DNA from: Antedon mediterranea
Lineage: Eukaryota > Animalia > Echinodermata
NCBI RefSeq assembly: GCF_964355755.1
Contig: NC_092672.1
Span: 37,702,437-37,766,436 of the forward strand
Length of the DNA: 64,000 bases
Direction: 5' to 3'
The notes under the pieces were generated by a model. It did no database searches. It was given only the letters and a program-made list of their open reading frames with translations, and was not told the DNA's origin. This document shows, in pieces, positions 23,601-38,600 of the stretch (positions are counted from its first letter, which is position 1; every line of letters starts with the position of its first letter). The position numbers and the translations under genes were made by a program.

Positions 23601-26600
23601 AGTTTACTCTCCAAAAACTGCATCAAGCAAGTAGACCAGGTAGTAGGAAGGAGACCTAGCCAATCCGGCCCAGTTAAAAATTGAGCTAGCTAGTGTAGTA
23701 GACCCTATGCGAATTGATACTACCAGGCCTTTTACTATAGGCTACACTTGTTAAAATTAGCAATACTTATGTTTACAAATATTCCAACTCTCTCATTCGA
23801 GCTATATTATCTATACCATTCCGGTAGATCGAGCCGACCTTCAATCAAATACTGTTATGTATGTACATCGTTCATGTTGTGATTATAGACGGGGTATACT
23901 CGACCCGACCAGTTTGGTATTGTATACTGTATCTGCTTATCACGTAACGATGCCAGGCATGGGCAGAGAGAACACGTGTATCGTCGTCTCGCTCTCCTAG
24001 CTCGCTCAGCAGGAATGTATACGTTACGCTTCATTGATTTTGAAGGCTTTCCCTAAGTCAGTGCGAAAATCGGCAAACGTAAAGTGCAAACATATCTAAT
24101 TTTTCACTGTTTTGATGAATTTTCATAGAAAATTGACTTTATAAATGGGAAGACCGACTAAAATTACATCAGATAAGTATAATTTTACAAAAGTAATTGA
24201 TATGGTTAATGATAACGAGTCGTCGGAAGATTGACCATTTCACAAATTTCCTATTCTGTAACAGTGTCATATCGCCGTAGCTGCACTTGTAATCTGGCCT
24301 CATTTCACAGCCTTCGTTCTACTTCACTGGGCGCTTATATAAATTGAAACTTTTACCGTTCAAGAGACAAATATATTTTACATTTTTTACTATTCATTTT
24401 AAACCCGGAACCCCCCTTTAATGTTTATTTTATTATTTATTAATTAAACTTCACAAGGCACATACTAAAACAAAGAAGGGAGAAACTAACAAGCTCAATG
24501 TTTAAAGAAATTGTAAAACACAAAAAAAATTATATATACGTTGTTACTAAATAATAAAATTAGTAGACAAAAAACCTACCCATTATCAAAAACATTTTTT
24601 TTTTAATGTCGATTCTTTAAGAGACATTTAATAAGATGATGATATACAAATTTTATACAAATAACTTACGTTTATGATATTTTTTATGTAAAGGAATTGG
24701 AGTGTAAACCATAGGCATTTGATTTAGAACCGCCGTGTATGGGGGGTGTCCAGCAACAAGTTGTGGCATTGCCATTTGCGTGTGTATCGTAGGGCTTTGA
24801 CTCTGTCGTGAATGTGGTCGTGGCGGCGTTGGTGTTTTACTGAGAGACACTTTGCGTAGCGAGTTCTGAAAATAAAATATACAAGAATAAATAATGACAT
24901 TCACCTAAAAAATGTTCTAAAATAGAATATTTATTCTATGACATTCATGTCATTTCAATATTTATTCTATGACACCCATGTAATTTCAATTTTCTTGGAC
25001 AATAAAGAGCTTTGTATTTTGTAAAAAACATGGTTAAAGAAGATACAATTACTAAGTACCATCATGATACAGTAAAATTGATTGTATCATTATCATTATT
25101 AACAAATTCATTTACTGATACTTACTGCAGGTGTGAAAGGCTTAGCTGATGGGTTCAAGATAAACTCCTTGGCATTCGGATTTAACTTAAATCTGAAAAA
25201 AAAAATATTGAAAACATAATCTATACAATACATTTTGAAATTGGACATGCATGATTTCCAAGCAAATAAATAAAATACATTTTAGTTAAGTCCTAACATA
25301 TTATACCAAATTTGAAGATTACATTTTATTTTTAGTTCTTAGTAGTTCTTAGTAGTACTCCGGTGCTTGGTATGTTTATAAGTGAAATTAGTACCTGGTT
25401 GTATATGTGTTGGTGGAACCTCTTCAAACACCTTTATAATATATATGAAACGCTTTAAAGGATTCACACATGATTATTCAAATATTTATTCATTATTCTT
25501 CAGTTCCATGTGATTTCAAAACTATAAAATCTGAGTGAACTAAAAATTAGTATACATACTCTTGTTTCTTATCTTCAGCTATTCGTAGAGGTTGCTGAGC
25601 TGCAGCTTGTGGCTTCGGCTGCTGTTGCAGAATTATTTGTTGCTGCTGATTAAGTTTCTGCGCAGCCACTTGAGGTAACTGCTGCGGTGGTATAACCTGC
25701 GTTATTGGTGCTTGAGGGTGGCCAGATGGCTGCACATTCTGTATAGGGCGTGTTTGAGATGACTGTAATGGTTGTGCTACCTGCTGTACTGGAGGCTGCT
25801 GGTTTGGTTGCGATGAAGCAGCTGGATTTAAAGGCTGCACACCAGGCTTAGGTTCACTGACTTGTGTAGGCCCATGGTTATTAGTTTGTACATTTTGGGT
25901 ATCTTGCAACTAAAAAAATTAAACATTTTTAAAATCAAACAAATAAAAATTGAAGCAATTCAAATTGACGGTAATCACAATAAATATAAAATGCAGTATA
26001 AGATAAGAATCATTTAATAACTTACCCTAAAATTGGCACTAAATTCATTTAATTCATTAATTTTTTGCGCTGAAAAAACAATGTAAAAATTAAATTACAA
26101 ATTGATTGGCAAATTTCCTGAAACTGATCATTTAGGGGCCTTGGAAAAAAAAAAGCAAAACATGTATTGAATATTCAAATGAACATTACAATATATTCAG
26201 GCATTTTGAAAATTGTAGGTGTGATACAAATTGCACTTCTCAGTACATATTCAGATGTGTCATTTGTATCTTGGGTTGTAGAAGTGTAAAGCTTTGTTTA
26301 CACTATCAAACTTTATCCGACAAAAAAGTGTGATGTGCCCATATATAGTAGTGATATGCCTAATTATGGTAGTGATGTGCCCATATATAGTAGTGATATG
26401 CCTAATTATGGTAGTGATGTGCCCATATATAGTAGTGATATGCCTAATTATGGTAGTGATGTGCCCATATATAGTAGTGATATGCCTAATTATGGTAGTG
26501 ATGTGCAAAGTTTGATAGTGTAAACATAGCATAAGAGCTCAGTTTAGGAGACATTCATTGAGGCGATAGCTTACATTTCTGTGATTTCTGTGGTTTCTTA

Positions 26601-29600
26601 TCATCAGCTTGTTGTGTAGATTCCACCATTGGACTTGGTACTCTGGGTATATCCTTGTTTGGTTGTTTAACCATGTTGGCCGGAGGTCCAGGACTAGACG
26701 TTCGTATTGATTCTGGTTTTACTTCTAAAAACAAAAATAAAAATTACTTAAATACAGAAGCTTTTAATTTTTCGTTTCCATTCCTTAATATTTGAGAATG
26801 TCAGAGAAGATCAACCACAAAAGTGACTGCTGATGCATAATAAATAATATTTACCTCTGTGAGACACCATATTTCCATGCTGTGAATTGGTTCCTGCCAC
26901 AACTTGAGCCGCTGATCTTGGCGGTCGGGATTCATATGAAAGTCGTGCATCCTGCGATGAAAGCCTAACATCTTGTGATTGTTGTCTATTGTCCATTCGT
27001 GTATCTCGTTCGTCAATGTGCCTAGGAGGCCTTGATATATTCTGCATCGGGGGTCGTTGACCTCCTTGTGTTGGCGTATTAGGTCTGTGAGATGATTGGT
27101 TGTAATTCCTCGGAGGTGGTTTTTGATTTGATCGTAAATGTGGTGGCACATATCTATTCGGAAATAACAGGAAAATGTAATACATTATTAAATGCATACT
27201 TCTGATACGACCTAAATGCTAAAATGCTTGAAGGTATGTTTTATTTCTGAGAATCTTAGTGTCTTCAACTAAAAATGACTTAAATATTCATAATATATAT
27301 TATAGCCACTTTTCATTTATTTATGCAACACAATCGGTCAAGGGGTTGCGACAACTACAATGCACTATACAACAAACTACAAAATACAATTATAAAAATA
27401 TATAAAACAAGATAATTAAAATACACATAAAGAGAACAAAATATTATATACAAAAATTATTTATATTTTTTAGGTCTTTTTGGCAAAAGTGAACTTTATT
27501 AAAACTACAAAATGACTTTAAACAGAAATATATCAGCTCTCTATTAAAAAATATCAAATTAAATTTTGTTGTATCTAATTGAACAGTCTAAAAAAAATAT
27601 CAAAACAGATTTATATTGAATCTTTTGAGTTGCAGGATCAACATAATAATGATCTGTATTGATAATACTGTAGTAGTATTAGTTTGTAGTTTATTGACAA
27701 CTTCACTTCCGCCACTAAGTCTGTGCTTTGATTGTAAAACAGCTGCTATTGCTCTAAGGCACTGGACTTGGTCAGGTTAATAGCCATAAATAGACGGATA
27801 CAATTACATGCATATTTATGTATATATTTAAAACCAGTACAATTCATTTAAAATGTATTAGACAAACATTTTTCTAAAGCCTGTTTTGATTAGACAATTT
27901 TACTTGCTGGAATTAAAAGCTTTAAGGGTCTTTCACACCTGTTCCGGCATGGTTCTGGTCCGGCGGCGGAAAATCCAATCGAACATTAATGTGTCATTTT
28001 CACGCGGCTACGCACATATCGATTGGCGCATAGCCGCTGGGAGCGTCGTGAAAACGAAACATTAATGTTCGACCAGAACTGTGCTGGAACAGGTGTGAAC
28101 GACCCTTTATGCTTGTCCATATTTGTATTTTGATGTAAGAAATGCACAACCAATCAGCACCCAGGAATGCTTGAGTTTTGCCAATAGATTTACCTTGTGA
28201 GGGCATGTGGACACAGTGTGTTGGACGTTCGACTCCTGATCACGAGATCAAGCATTGCTTGTATCGTTAGGCAAGATACTTTACTTACATTTTCTTCTCT
28301 CCACACAGGTCTATAAAATTGGTACCCGGTTAGATCAAGACACAACTTTGCTCTGATTACTAGCTGCATTATGGTAGTATGTTTCCATACATATTTGATC
28401 CAAAAAAATGACTAGGGTAATACTGTTTCACAATAAGGCGCTATATAAATCCAGGATATTATTATTATTGTAGAAAACAGATTTAATACATGAAATGTTG
28501 AATCCTACTTACTTCTGAGGACCTGTATTTCCTTCATTTTGTGTTTTTGGACTGCCAGATCTATTTTGTTGAGATCCTGGGCTCATCCTAGCCTTTGGAC
28601 GCTGGACAGCACTAAACTTGTCTTCTTCTGTTAAACCGTCATCTAATTCCATAGCAGTACGTTCCTTGTAACCCGTACTTCCTTCAATTTCTGCTGCTAA
28701 ACGGTTTGCACGTTCTTGCTTCGATCGATATTCTTCCGAATCATCTTTATGTAATACAGTCCTGAAAAAATAATAAACAATTTTGATTAAAAGACTAGGA
28801 AGTTTTAGATTTGTGACTAAGCTCTTTTTACACCATCAAACTTTGTGTGACAAAAAAATGTGATGTGCCCATATATGGACATTGATGTCATATCACTACC
28901 ATATTTGGGCACATCACACTAGTTTTATAGTGTAGAAAGAGCTTAGGAACTAGGAACTAGTTACGTCATGTTGATTATATGTACGAATTTACAGATGATG
29001 GAATGTGCTTCCTTACTTGATTCACAGTTTTGGTGAAATTTAGACAACGATAACACAATAATTTAGACAGGCAATGAACGATAAAAACAATATGAGTAGG
29101 TCTAAGGTAAAATGCCAATGCCAATAAAAAATTATTTTAAAGTTATTCAGGATTACGAATTAGGAAACGTTTACTACATAACTTTAAAATAAAATGTCAA
29201 CGTTTCGTAACCATCATGGAACTATTCTCAAGAACAAATGAGTAAAATTAACAAAAAATCAGGATTATATTGTAAAATATGAAGCAAGTAGGAGGTAAAA
29301 CTTACGTGTAATCTTGTAGAGTTTTATCATATGAAGATTCATACCCAAATTGTTTTTCATTAGCTTTAAACATATCTTCTACACTCCAACCATTCTGTAA
29401 AAAAAAAGAAGGGAAATTCAAACTAGGCCTATTTTTACTCTTTTGTCCTTAAGTTTGGTTCCAACTAGAGATACAATGCAAGGACGTAGAATCAACGCAA
29501 GCGAGTTGACCAATAACAAGCGACTGTTAGAATAATCCATTACCTGTGATTGGTCAAATGCATTGCATCTCTAGTTGGAATCAAGAATTACTAATAAGCT

Positions 29601-32600
29601 CAGACAACCAGTAGGAGGTTTTGTTTCATTTACATGATGTAAGATAAGATAAGATAAGATAACTTTTATTGATCCTCAAAAAGGAAATTCATTGCTCGTC
29701 ATAATAACAAGAAAACACAATAAAAACAAATATAGCATAAAACCATTCATATAAAAACATCAAAAAATACAAGATAAAATTATCTTCTTGACTTTCTGTC
29801 GTACTGGATGATACCGGAGGGAATAAAGGATTTGGCATATCGATTTGTTTTCACACTGAGGAGCCTCAATCTACCACTTGGATTAAGTTGGTCTATGATC
29901 ACTTTGTGAAATGGCAATGATGATTTATTTATTTCATACTCATCCAACAGCGAGTAACCCGCCAATTACAGGATGGATAAACTATTTGAAATTTCACAAG
30001 ACAAACATATACACAAGATGCTCTACATAAACAAAGACTTATTATTAAGTCTTTGGGAGTGGAGTTGTAAATTGTCATGAGAAAAAAACCCTGACATATG
30101 ACAGGACTTGAACCCAGGACCCTTAGATTGGTAGCCAAGCATCATAACCACCAAGCCACAGCTCCACTCTGATAATGATGAAATAGAATAGATAATGATG
30201 CTGACCTCAATGAATATATAATAAATAATAATTTAATCAAAATAAATATAACTGGACGTACCGTATCACCATCTAAAGATAAATCTGCTGATGCATCGTT
30301 GCTTGGCGTCCACTGCTCAAGTTCTCGTTCACCCGCCTGACCATTTGATTTCTTCCCGCTGATATCTCCATCCGTCATGAAACCGGACTGTGAATCACCT
30401 AAAACAAATAAAAAAATTTTTATCAAAACTCTTTGAATAGATATAACTATATAAACCAATTAAAAAAAAATAAAATATCAATATATATATCAATAATATT
30501 ATCAAAAATGGTTTTACTACTCTAAACCCCTTCACTATGCCCTCTCTTAAAATTATGCAATTTGCCGTTAACCATTTATAAATAGCATTTTACCCTATAA
30601 TTCAACATTTATTAGTTTCTATCAATGGTATACAATAAAAAAGAATGATAATTTATAATGAGAAAATACAAAAAATACCATTAATAGAGGATCTTGCAAG
30701 AAGATCCTTGTAGGTTAAAGACTTACATGAACCCCTACAATGTGGTACAGTCAACTCTCCCAATACCGGACACCTTTGGGCCGGCCAAATAAGTCTGGTT
30801 TTCCGGAAAGTCTGGTATTCGGAATGTGTTTTTAATGGTAAATATAAATTTGGGACCTTTTGGTCCTCAAAAAAAGTCTGGTATTGGGAGAGTTTCTGGT
30901 TTTCAGAGAGTCTGGTATTGGGAGAGTTTCTGGTTTTCAGAGAGTCCGGTATTGGGAGAGTTGACTGTATACGCTTTGTACAAACTCAATAACACATTGT
31001 AACAATAACTACTAACTTCATGTTATTAGTGATTTCAATAACAGGATGGTTTCAATTTAATTGTTAATTAGCGGGTGGAAAACCACTAAATGTTTCAATC
31101 CTATCAATCATAATTTAGGTCATTATAATAATCGGCTTGCTTAAATTGAGTGTACAACCACATTGTTGACATTGTTATCATTGGAGGTTGATATTGACAA
31201 GTCATTTGAACAGGACCTTAACAAATCTGAGTTTATTCAATGATAAAATTGTATAAAAAGAATTTGTAACCATACATTTTAATAACGATATGACATAAAT
31301 GCTGTTTTTTCTTTTATAAGGGTTACGTAATGTTTTTTGTGGTGATGTTTTTTGTTGTTTTTAAATCTTACTATCCTATCAAGTACTGGTAGAGGCAAGA
31401 CTTTAATATTGCTAAATTGGTATACTACTTAGCAAGCTACAATTATTAAACAAGCCTATTTGGTAATCAGTCAACTCTCCCAATACCAGACTCTCTGATC
31501 AGATTTTTCGGGCCCAAAATTCTTCTTTAAAAAAAAAAAATAAAAATAAAAAACACATTTGGAATGGCAGGATTTTCAAAATATCAGAATTTGCGGAAAG
31601 GGTGACCAGTATTGGTAGAGTTGACTGTACAGTATATAATGTAGTTTAACATACTTTTAACAGCGTATTCAACATCAACATCTCGTGCTGTAAGAGATAC
31701 TATATCTTTGGCTTTAATCACCAGTTTATCTATAACTCTGTCCTTATTTGGTACTTCATTTGTGTTACCTTCTATCATATGTACCACTTCTAATACAACC
31801 TCAGCCTGAAAGAAGAATAACAAAATACTGTACATCACCATTTAACATACAGGACACAATTGACATTTGAAATACAGGAATAAAGGGTCTTTCACACCTG
31901 TTCCGGTACGGCGCCGGAAAATCCAATCGAACGTCAATGTTTTGTTTTCACGCGGCTACCCGCATAGCAATTGGCGCATAGCCGCGTGGAGCGTTGTGAA
32001 AACGAAACATTGATGTTCGATTCACCGGACCGGAACCGTGCCGGAACAGGTGTGAAAGACTCTGGGAAGAAGTTTTAATTATTTGAAAAATGTTTATACT
32101 TTTTTTTATTTTATAAGCTACTGTACAGTACCACTACCGTTTGAAAAACTAGCAAAAATATTGACAGAAAATTTACATATATTATAGAAATGTTATCCTT
32201 TACATAAATATGAAACAAATACAATCCTCTATCAAACAATACTTCAAAAAAAAGAATAGGGGAATTACAGTATTCCAATTGCTGTGGTACAAGGTGTACA
32301 ATCCACTGTCATTCTTAAATTGAATAATTAGGAATAATTTGGACATAACCACTTCCACAGGTTGCTATCCTTCTTCCTGTGCTTACATTACACATGACTA
32401 ACATGGCAACAGTTGCCAGTCTTACAACCAACATATGGTACAGTGTATTGCATTCAGTTTTAGTAAGAATGTAAAGGAAAATGGACAGAAAAGAATGGTT
32501 AACTTTCTAGCCCAGTAAGAAGAGTGAAGAAACACAAATTATATTGAGCACTAAATTATAATAAAAATCAACTAATTTTGTATTCAAAATCTACTTTTGA

Positions 32601-35600
32601 ATAATTATTAAAAATTAATGTAGTTAAAAAACTGTTAATATTACTCACTGTTCATATTTTAAATAATTTTATATCTAATTTTAATTCATTGGTAACTACA
32701 GAAGCTTTAGTTAATAGGATTACTATGCATCATCATTGTGTTCAGTGAAGCTAATATAAACTGAATGATGCCATTTCAGATATACAGTACTGTAATCATT
32801 TTATATTTATACCAAGTCTGTACACATTTCCTAATTATAAAAGAAAGCAAAACAAACTAAACAAAATACGGCTTTACCACGTTGAAACATCGGTTCTCGT
32901 CAGATAACCTAAGTTAAGCGACGTTGGGCCTGGTTAGAGATTGGATGGGAGACCATCTGAGAATAGCGGGTGCTGTATACGGAGCTGGGGTCCCGTCAGG
33001 CATTTGAAATCAGCACTGCTGACTCTTATAGCAGCCCCTGCATCTAGTATATAGCCTCAGACCTCTGGTCAAGGTGGGCACTGGACGAGAGAAGCCCTTG
33101 ATCAATTTAGGACCAATCAAAGTGCTTTAAACAGTCCTGGCTTTGTTTGTATCAAACCTGTTAGTGACGGTAATTATCGATGTTGGTTTCGATTGAATAA
33201 AATAAAAATAAAACTACCGTACCATAGATGCCTTGTTGATCATTTTAAATACTGACACTACAGTACAAGAATGAAATACACAAAAGGTTCATCATTTTAT
33301 ATGGCACAGTATTTTTTAGAAATCGCAACAATCAAACTAAAATTACACCTGCTGGTGGATAAAAATGACTTCTGCTTCTGTAAAATATATCCTTTTTGTA
33401 GAAGGTGGCTTACTTACTGGTTATAATGGGATATAATTCCTCTACGAAAGGAAATGCTTTCTAACCAATTATGAATAGGATACTTCCTAGTCACTTACAA
33501 TAAGCAGTTGCATAATTGCAAAAAATACATAATTACATAAATTATAGATAGAGAATTCACATCAATATTTTAAGAAATACACCTTGGCAACATAGAATAT
33601 CCAATGGTTGGGGTAGGGCCACTAAATTTTGTCAAAAACAATAATATTAATATATTTAGAAATCTTGATCCGACACTAACTATATGTTTCCATCAAATTC
33701 AAACTTCTCAATGTTATAGTACTACTACAAACTTTATGTGACAAAAAAATGTGATGTGCCCATATATGGACATAATGATGTCATATCACTACCATATTTG
33801 GTCATATCATTACCAAATTTGGGCCCCATCACACTTTTTTTGTCAAACTACTTTAATAGTGTAGACAGAGCGTTAACATTGTAAAATTTCATATAAATTT
33901 CAGAATAAACATTTCATTCAGAAGGCATCTATCTAAATTCTATGTTGTCTAATAATACCGCATGCAAATCAAGCTCATATACAGTAGTAGGACAGTCAAG
34001 TGTAAAATTTATCTACAGCAAAAGTAGGTCACTCATTATTTATTCATTATCTGTAATGTTACATGGTAATGATAGAACAGTGTAGTAATACTATACTATG
34101 ATCATTCTCTTGCATTTTTCCTTTTGCTTCTCTCGTTCCTGCTCTTTTTTATCTCATTAATTATGTGATAAAACATTGTCATTTTTTTTTAGTTCTCGTC
34201 AATCTTTTTTTTCCAGCTTTTTAAAAATAATTAAAGATTTATATGTATCTAATTTAATGGAACAATGCTATTTATAGTTACTATTAGCAGGGCTGCAAAT
34301 TAACTTTTTTACTTGGTAGCACTATCAAATTTGTATGATGGCTCATAATAATTTTTGGTAGCACCACCAATTTTTTTAGTAGCACATTTTCATCGACAAC
34401 TAACCCCTTCCCTCAAACCCCATCCGCGCAGATCCGTTTTTAGTTTAGGTGGGGGGGGGGGGGGTGTATAAAAATGAAATACAGTACAACCTTAGGCTGG
34501 GGGTCAGGGGGCCGCCAAGGGGGCCGCCAATGGCCCGCTTTGGGGGGGGGGGCGATTTTTGAGTAATTATAGGTTGTTTCAATCGATTTCTGAGCACATA
34601 AAAATTCAGCACTGAAGAATTAAATTAATTTGGGTTATGCACATTTAGACACTGGTCCTGATGCGCCACTTATATTCACGCAAGATCTATTATTTTTACG
34701 GTACAGAAAGAAATTACTGCTTTGTATATGCGCGTAACCTTTCGTAGCCTACGCGTAAATAGATCGTAGGTCATTGTTCGCTAAACCATGGAGGAAAAAA
34801 TTTCCTCCATGGCTAAACATATCCTGTAATTTCCAAAGTTTTGTTCGTTGCCATGCCTACGATTTTATAATAATATCTACGCGTCGATCGTACGGTGGTT
34901 CGTAGGGTTAGTAATTTGTAAACACCAATGTCATCGCCTTTAGTTAGGAGCATAAACAATGGAAACAAACATGTATTGTTGGCTAATTAAAATCCTATTC
35001 CTAGACGTTAATTTTTGTAGCCGCCCTACACATCGGTTGTCCTAATTTGGCAGGACATCCGCTGACGAGACGAAATCGGGCCCTCAGCTCACGCAGAGAG
35101 AGTTTCGGCGGCCTACATGATTCAATCCTACCTTTTTAGCGAATTATAAAAACAACACCTTGGCTAGGACACCAACAAAATATATGCAAAATAAATATAT
35201 ATTCCATGTTAAGATTTAACATAGGCCTTTGTAAATTATTATTACGACAAAAGACCCGACCAGAATTTGGAGGGGAAAAACGTGCGAACCGTGGGAACAG
35301 TTTAGAGCTGTATTACGTTTCATGTGACGCAAAATTCAGGTACACTGTTTTGTAGCCATCCCCCTCGTACCGAGTAAAAAAAACATGCGAGAGGTTTGCG
35401 GTGGTAAAACAGAGTATCGCGTTTCATGACATGTGACCAAAAAACTAGGTCTGTATTAATTACGGTCTTCTGTCGGCAGTCTTTTTGAGCGACCTATTGA
35501 ACGTTCTGATACTATATTTAGAATGAATTGTTTACGATCTTTTTGTTTGCATGTTTCTGGATCGACTGGACGTTCGCTATATTATTTTTATTAGTTGGCA

Positions 35601-38600
35601 TAGTTCATTGTGTTGGATCGTGTCTCTACGTTTACATTGTAGGAAATTTATATTCGCCGTTGAGAGTAAAAAAACACACACGAATGAAATATTTACGAAT
35701 AAAAACTATTATATTATATATTTCTTAATAATGTACAAATTGGTCCTCCTCCGCCACTCAAAAATAACACATTAAATAATAATTTTCACACCTTGTTACT
35801 TACTAAGAACATCGTGAGGTTGTTTATTGAGGTTTATACTAACGAAGCCAAACAATGTAACCTACATACAAAGCCAACAACGTAGCCTGTTTTATCTACG
35901 AAGCTACTTCGTAGGAAAAGTTGCGGTATTTTCTCTGATATATAATTTTCGATAATCAGAATCTGGAATAAAGTATTAAATCTACTGATAAACAATACTG
36001 CTGTTTAATCTATATAGTGAATAGATATTATTATATATATCATTAATTACATTATTTATTAATCATGATATAACCATTTATACTGCCTAAAAAATGCTGA
36101 TGACTGCGCGGCGACAATCCTTTGTATCTACCGCGCCCGCCCTGGCTAACTTCTGTGTACAGCGGTGATTTTCCACGAGGTTTGTGTCGTCCGCGCGTCA
36201 CACTGTGCTGTGTGTTTGGTGTCCTTTTGTGTGATTGGGTAAGGCAGCATGCAATAAATGGACGAACTTCCAATCACAACGAGTGTAAAATGTTTAGGGG
36301 CTTTGTACGCTTGAATGAACCTGACACCTTTGCGGCGGCGGTGACTAGTGGAAACTCCTGAGCCTTCCGTAGTAGAGAGATTAAATTACACAGTGTTTGA
36401 AATAGGGAAAACACACCCGACTTCAATTTGAAACAACTCGCACAAGCAGACGATCTTGTCGCGCTATGCGCGACCTATTCTGTTTCTTAAGTCGCAAACA
36501 GAAAAATTAGGTCGCAAATGCGACCAAATACCCCTTAATTTGCAGCCCTGTATTAGTACATTGTTACAGACTTACTGATTTTTTGTGTGATTAGAATAGA
36601 ATATATTTTCATAAAATTGCATTACTAGTCTTAATTTATTATACATTTAAATTCCTCAGAATTTGTTAAAATTGTTACAAAATTATGTTTATTCTTGATG
36701 GACCAGAGATTTGAAAATAAACAATTGAATTAATTAAATACAATACATTATAGAGCACTACAGTATAATTATTTGTACTAGAAATACTTTCAATTCAAAT
36801 AATTATAATGGCAATTAATAAGTACTTACACTTTGACTGATTGTGCTAAATATACCTTCATACTTCTTATCTGATATAACTTGTACTTGAACTTTTATTC
36901 CCTGTGAATACATAATCAAACCTCATGAATATTCATTATGTAAAGAAATACCAATTTCACATTTAATTACTTACAGTACGTGACTAGATATAGTATCTAC
37001 ACACTGTACAGTTACAATCTTTTGAGACAATCTCTAAAAGAATACTTAGTATAAATAAATGTTTATAAATTTATTAAAATAAGATATTTGTATTAGTAAT
37101 ATTTGTATTTTGTCTTGTTACTAGGGGGTCCATTTTATTTTTTGGAATGTTACAGTATTTTAATGATTTCCTGTCAGTATACTACTAAAGCCATTAGTAA
37201 ACCCATTACACATTTTTTGAATGTTTTACTTAGTTACATTAAGTTTAGGTACTAACATTGGGTGGTAGGTCAAATAAATAGGTAAAATATTTTAAGTGGT
37301 CAATGCCAAGTATAGCTTCAAATAATATAATCCAATGAACTATAAAGGAATCATAAGGCATCATAATCCAAGCTTGTGGGGTTCGAACACCCTTCCCCCA
37401 TGAAATTCCCTTTTAAAACAAACTAGCGGAAATTCAAACGAATAGGACTAGCTAGGCTTCTGCCTAAATATACAATGACATTTAAGCTTGCTTAAAAAAA
37501 GATAAGAACCAACCTTAAGTACAGCTGCTGTGTGCACAAAGTGTGCATTTGAATATACTCCAGGTACAGCCTATTTAGAAAGAAAGTTACTATTTTAGCA
37601 CCGTGACACAAGCAAACAGTTATGTCATTTCTACTGTATACCACCAACTAAACCATTTAAAGGGTGTAGCTCAAAGCTTACAATATATGGTTTTTAGTCG
37701 CGTGGACGCGACTATAGTTCACTATGTCGGTTGGTCGGTCGGTCTGGTATCACTATGCTTAGCACGCGACTTATGGCTGTTGGCCTTGTTTAATAAAAAA
37801 TAAATCCAAAGGCAAATTACTGAAAAAATGACAATGCTGTGGGTATCAATATCATCAGTGGCTGGATCTCAATGGAGACAAGTAAAGTAATCAAAAAGCT
37901 AAATCAAAAGGATAAAGTAAAACAGCCAGAAAAATTAGCAGAGCTTTCGGGCAACACTGGCCCTTCATCATCGCAACTATTAATTATTAATAAAATATAT
38001 CCGCTGTAACAACATTGATACTGATTATAGACAGCAGTGAAGTACTGTAGAAATACTGCTGCTACATGACTTTTTTTCTATACACTATATAGATTGTTGC
38101 AAACATACACATCTAAACCTGGAGCTACCCTTTAAATGAACTATTGTTAATGTTATTGATATTTATTATGATTTAAATTATAGAGCATCAACCGTATGGA
38201 ATAATCTTCCTGTACATATCCGTAAAAATTATGACACATTTACTGTAGTCAAGTTGAATTTAAAAATCTTGTATAACTACTGTACATAGTTTTATAGCTT
38301 TTACTTATATTTTTTTTGTATCTTTTTCAAATCTGGACCTCTTGGGAGACCAGTACTTGTGTATTGAAAGAGCTATTCCAGAATAAAGAAAGATTTGTAT
38401 TGTATTTAAATGGAATACAGTATATTTTACTCGTTACTAAATAAACAAATACATTTTACAAATACTTTTATGTTTATGTGAAGCACGAGGGATAGAGGCT
38501 TTATGCATTACAGTATGTGCTTAAAATTTATTATCTGAAAATACAGTAGAAATGGAGAGAAAGTTACTTAGTTAGCATGGTTTTGAGGAGAAAGGGCTAT

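Noticed and set aside
30080-30168. Additional tRNA genes (also at 48750, 50040, 52291)
   Set aside because: A and B boxes are present but there is no complete cloverleaf, and they continue into shared SINE bodies.
32867-32977. Functional 5S rRNA gene
   Set aside because: Many substitutions including the internal promoter region, incomplete ends and no T-run terminator; better explained as a SINE head.
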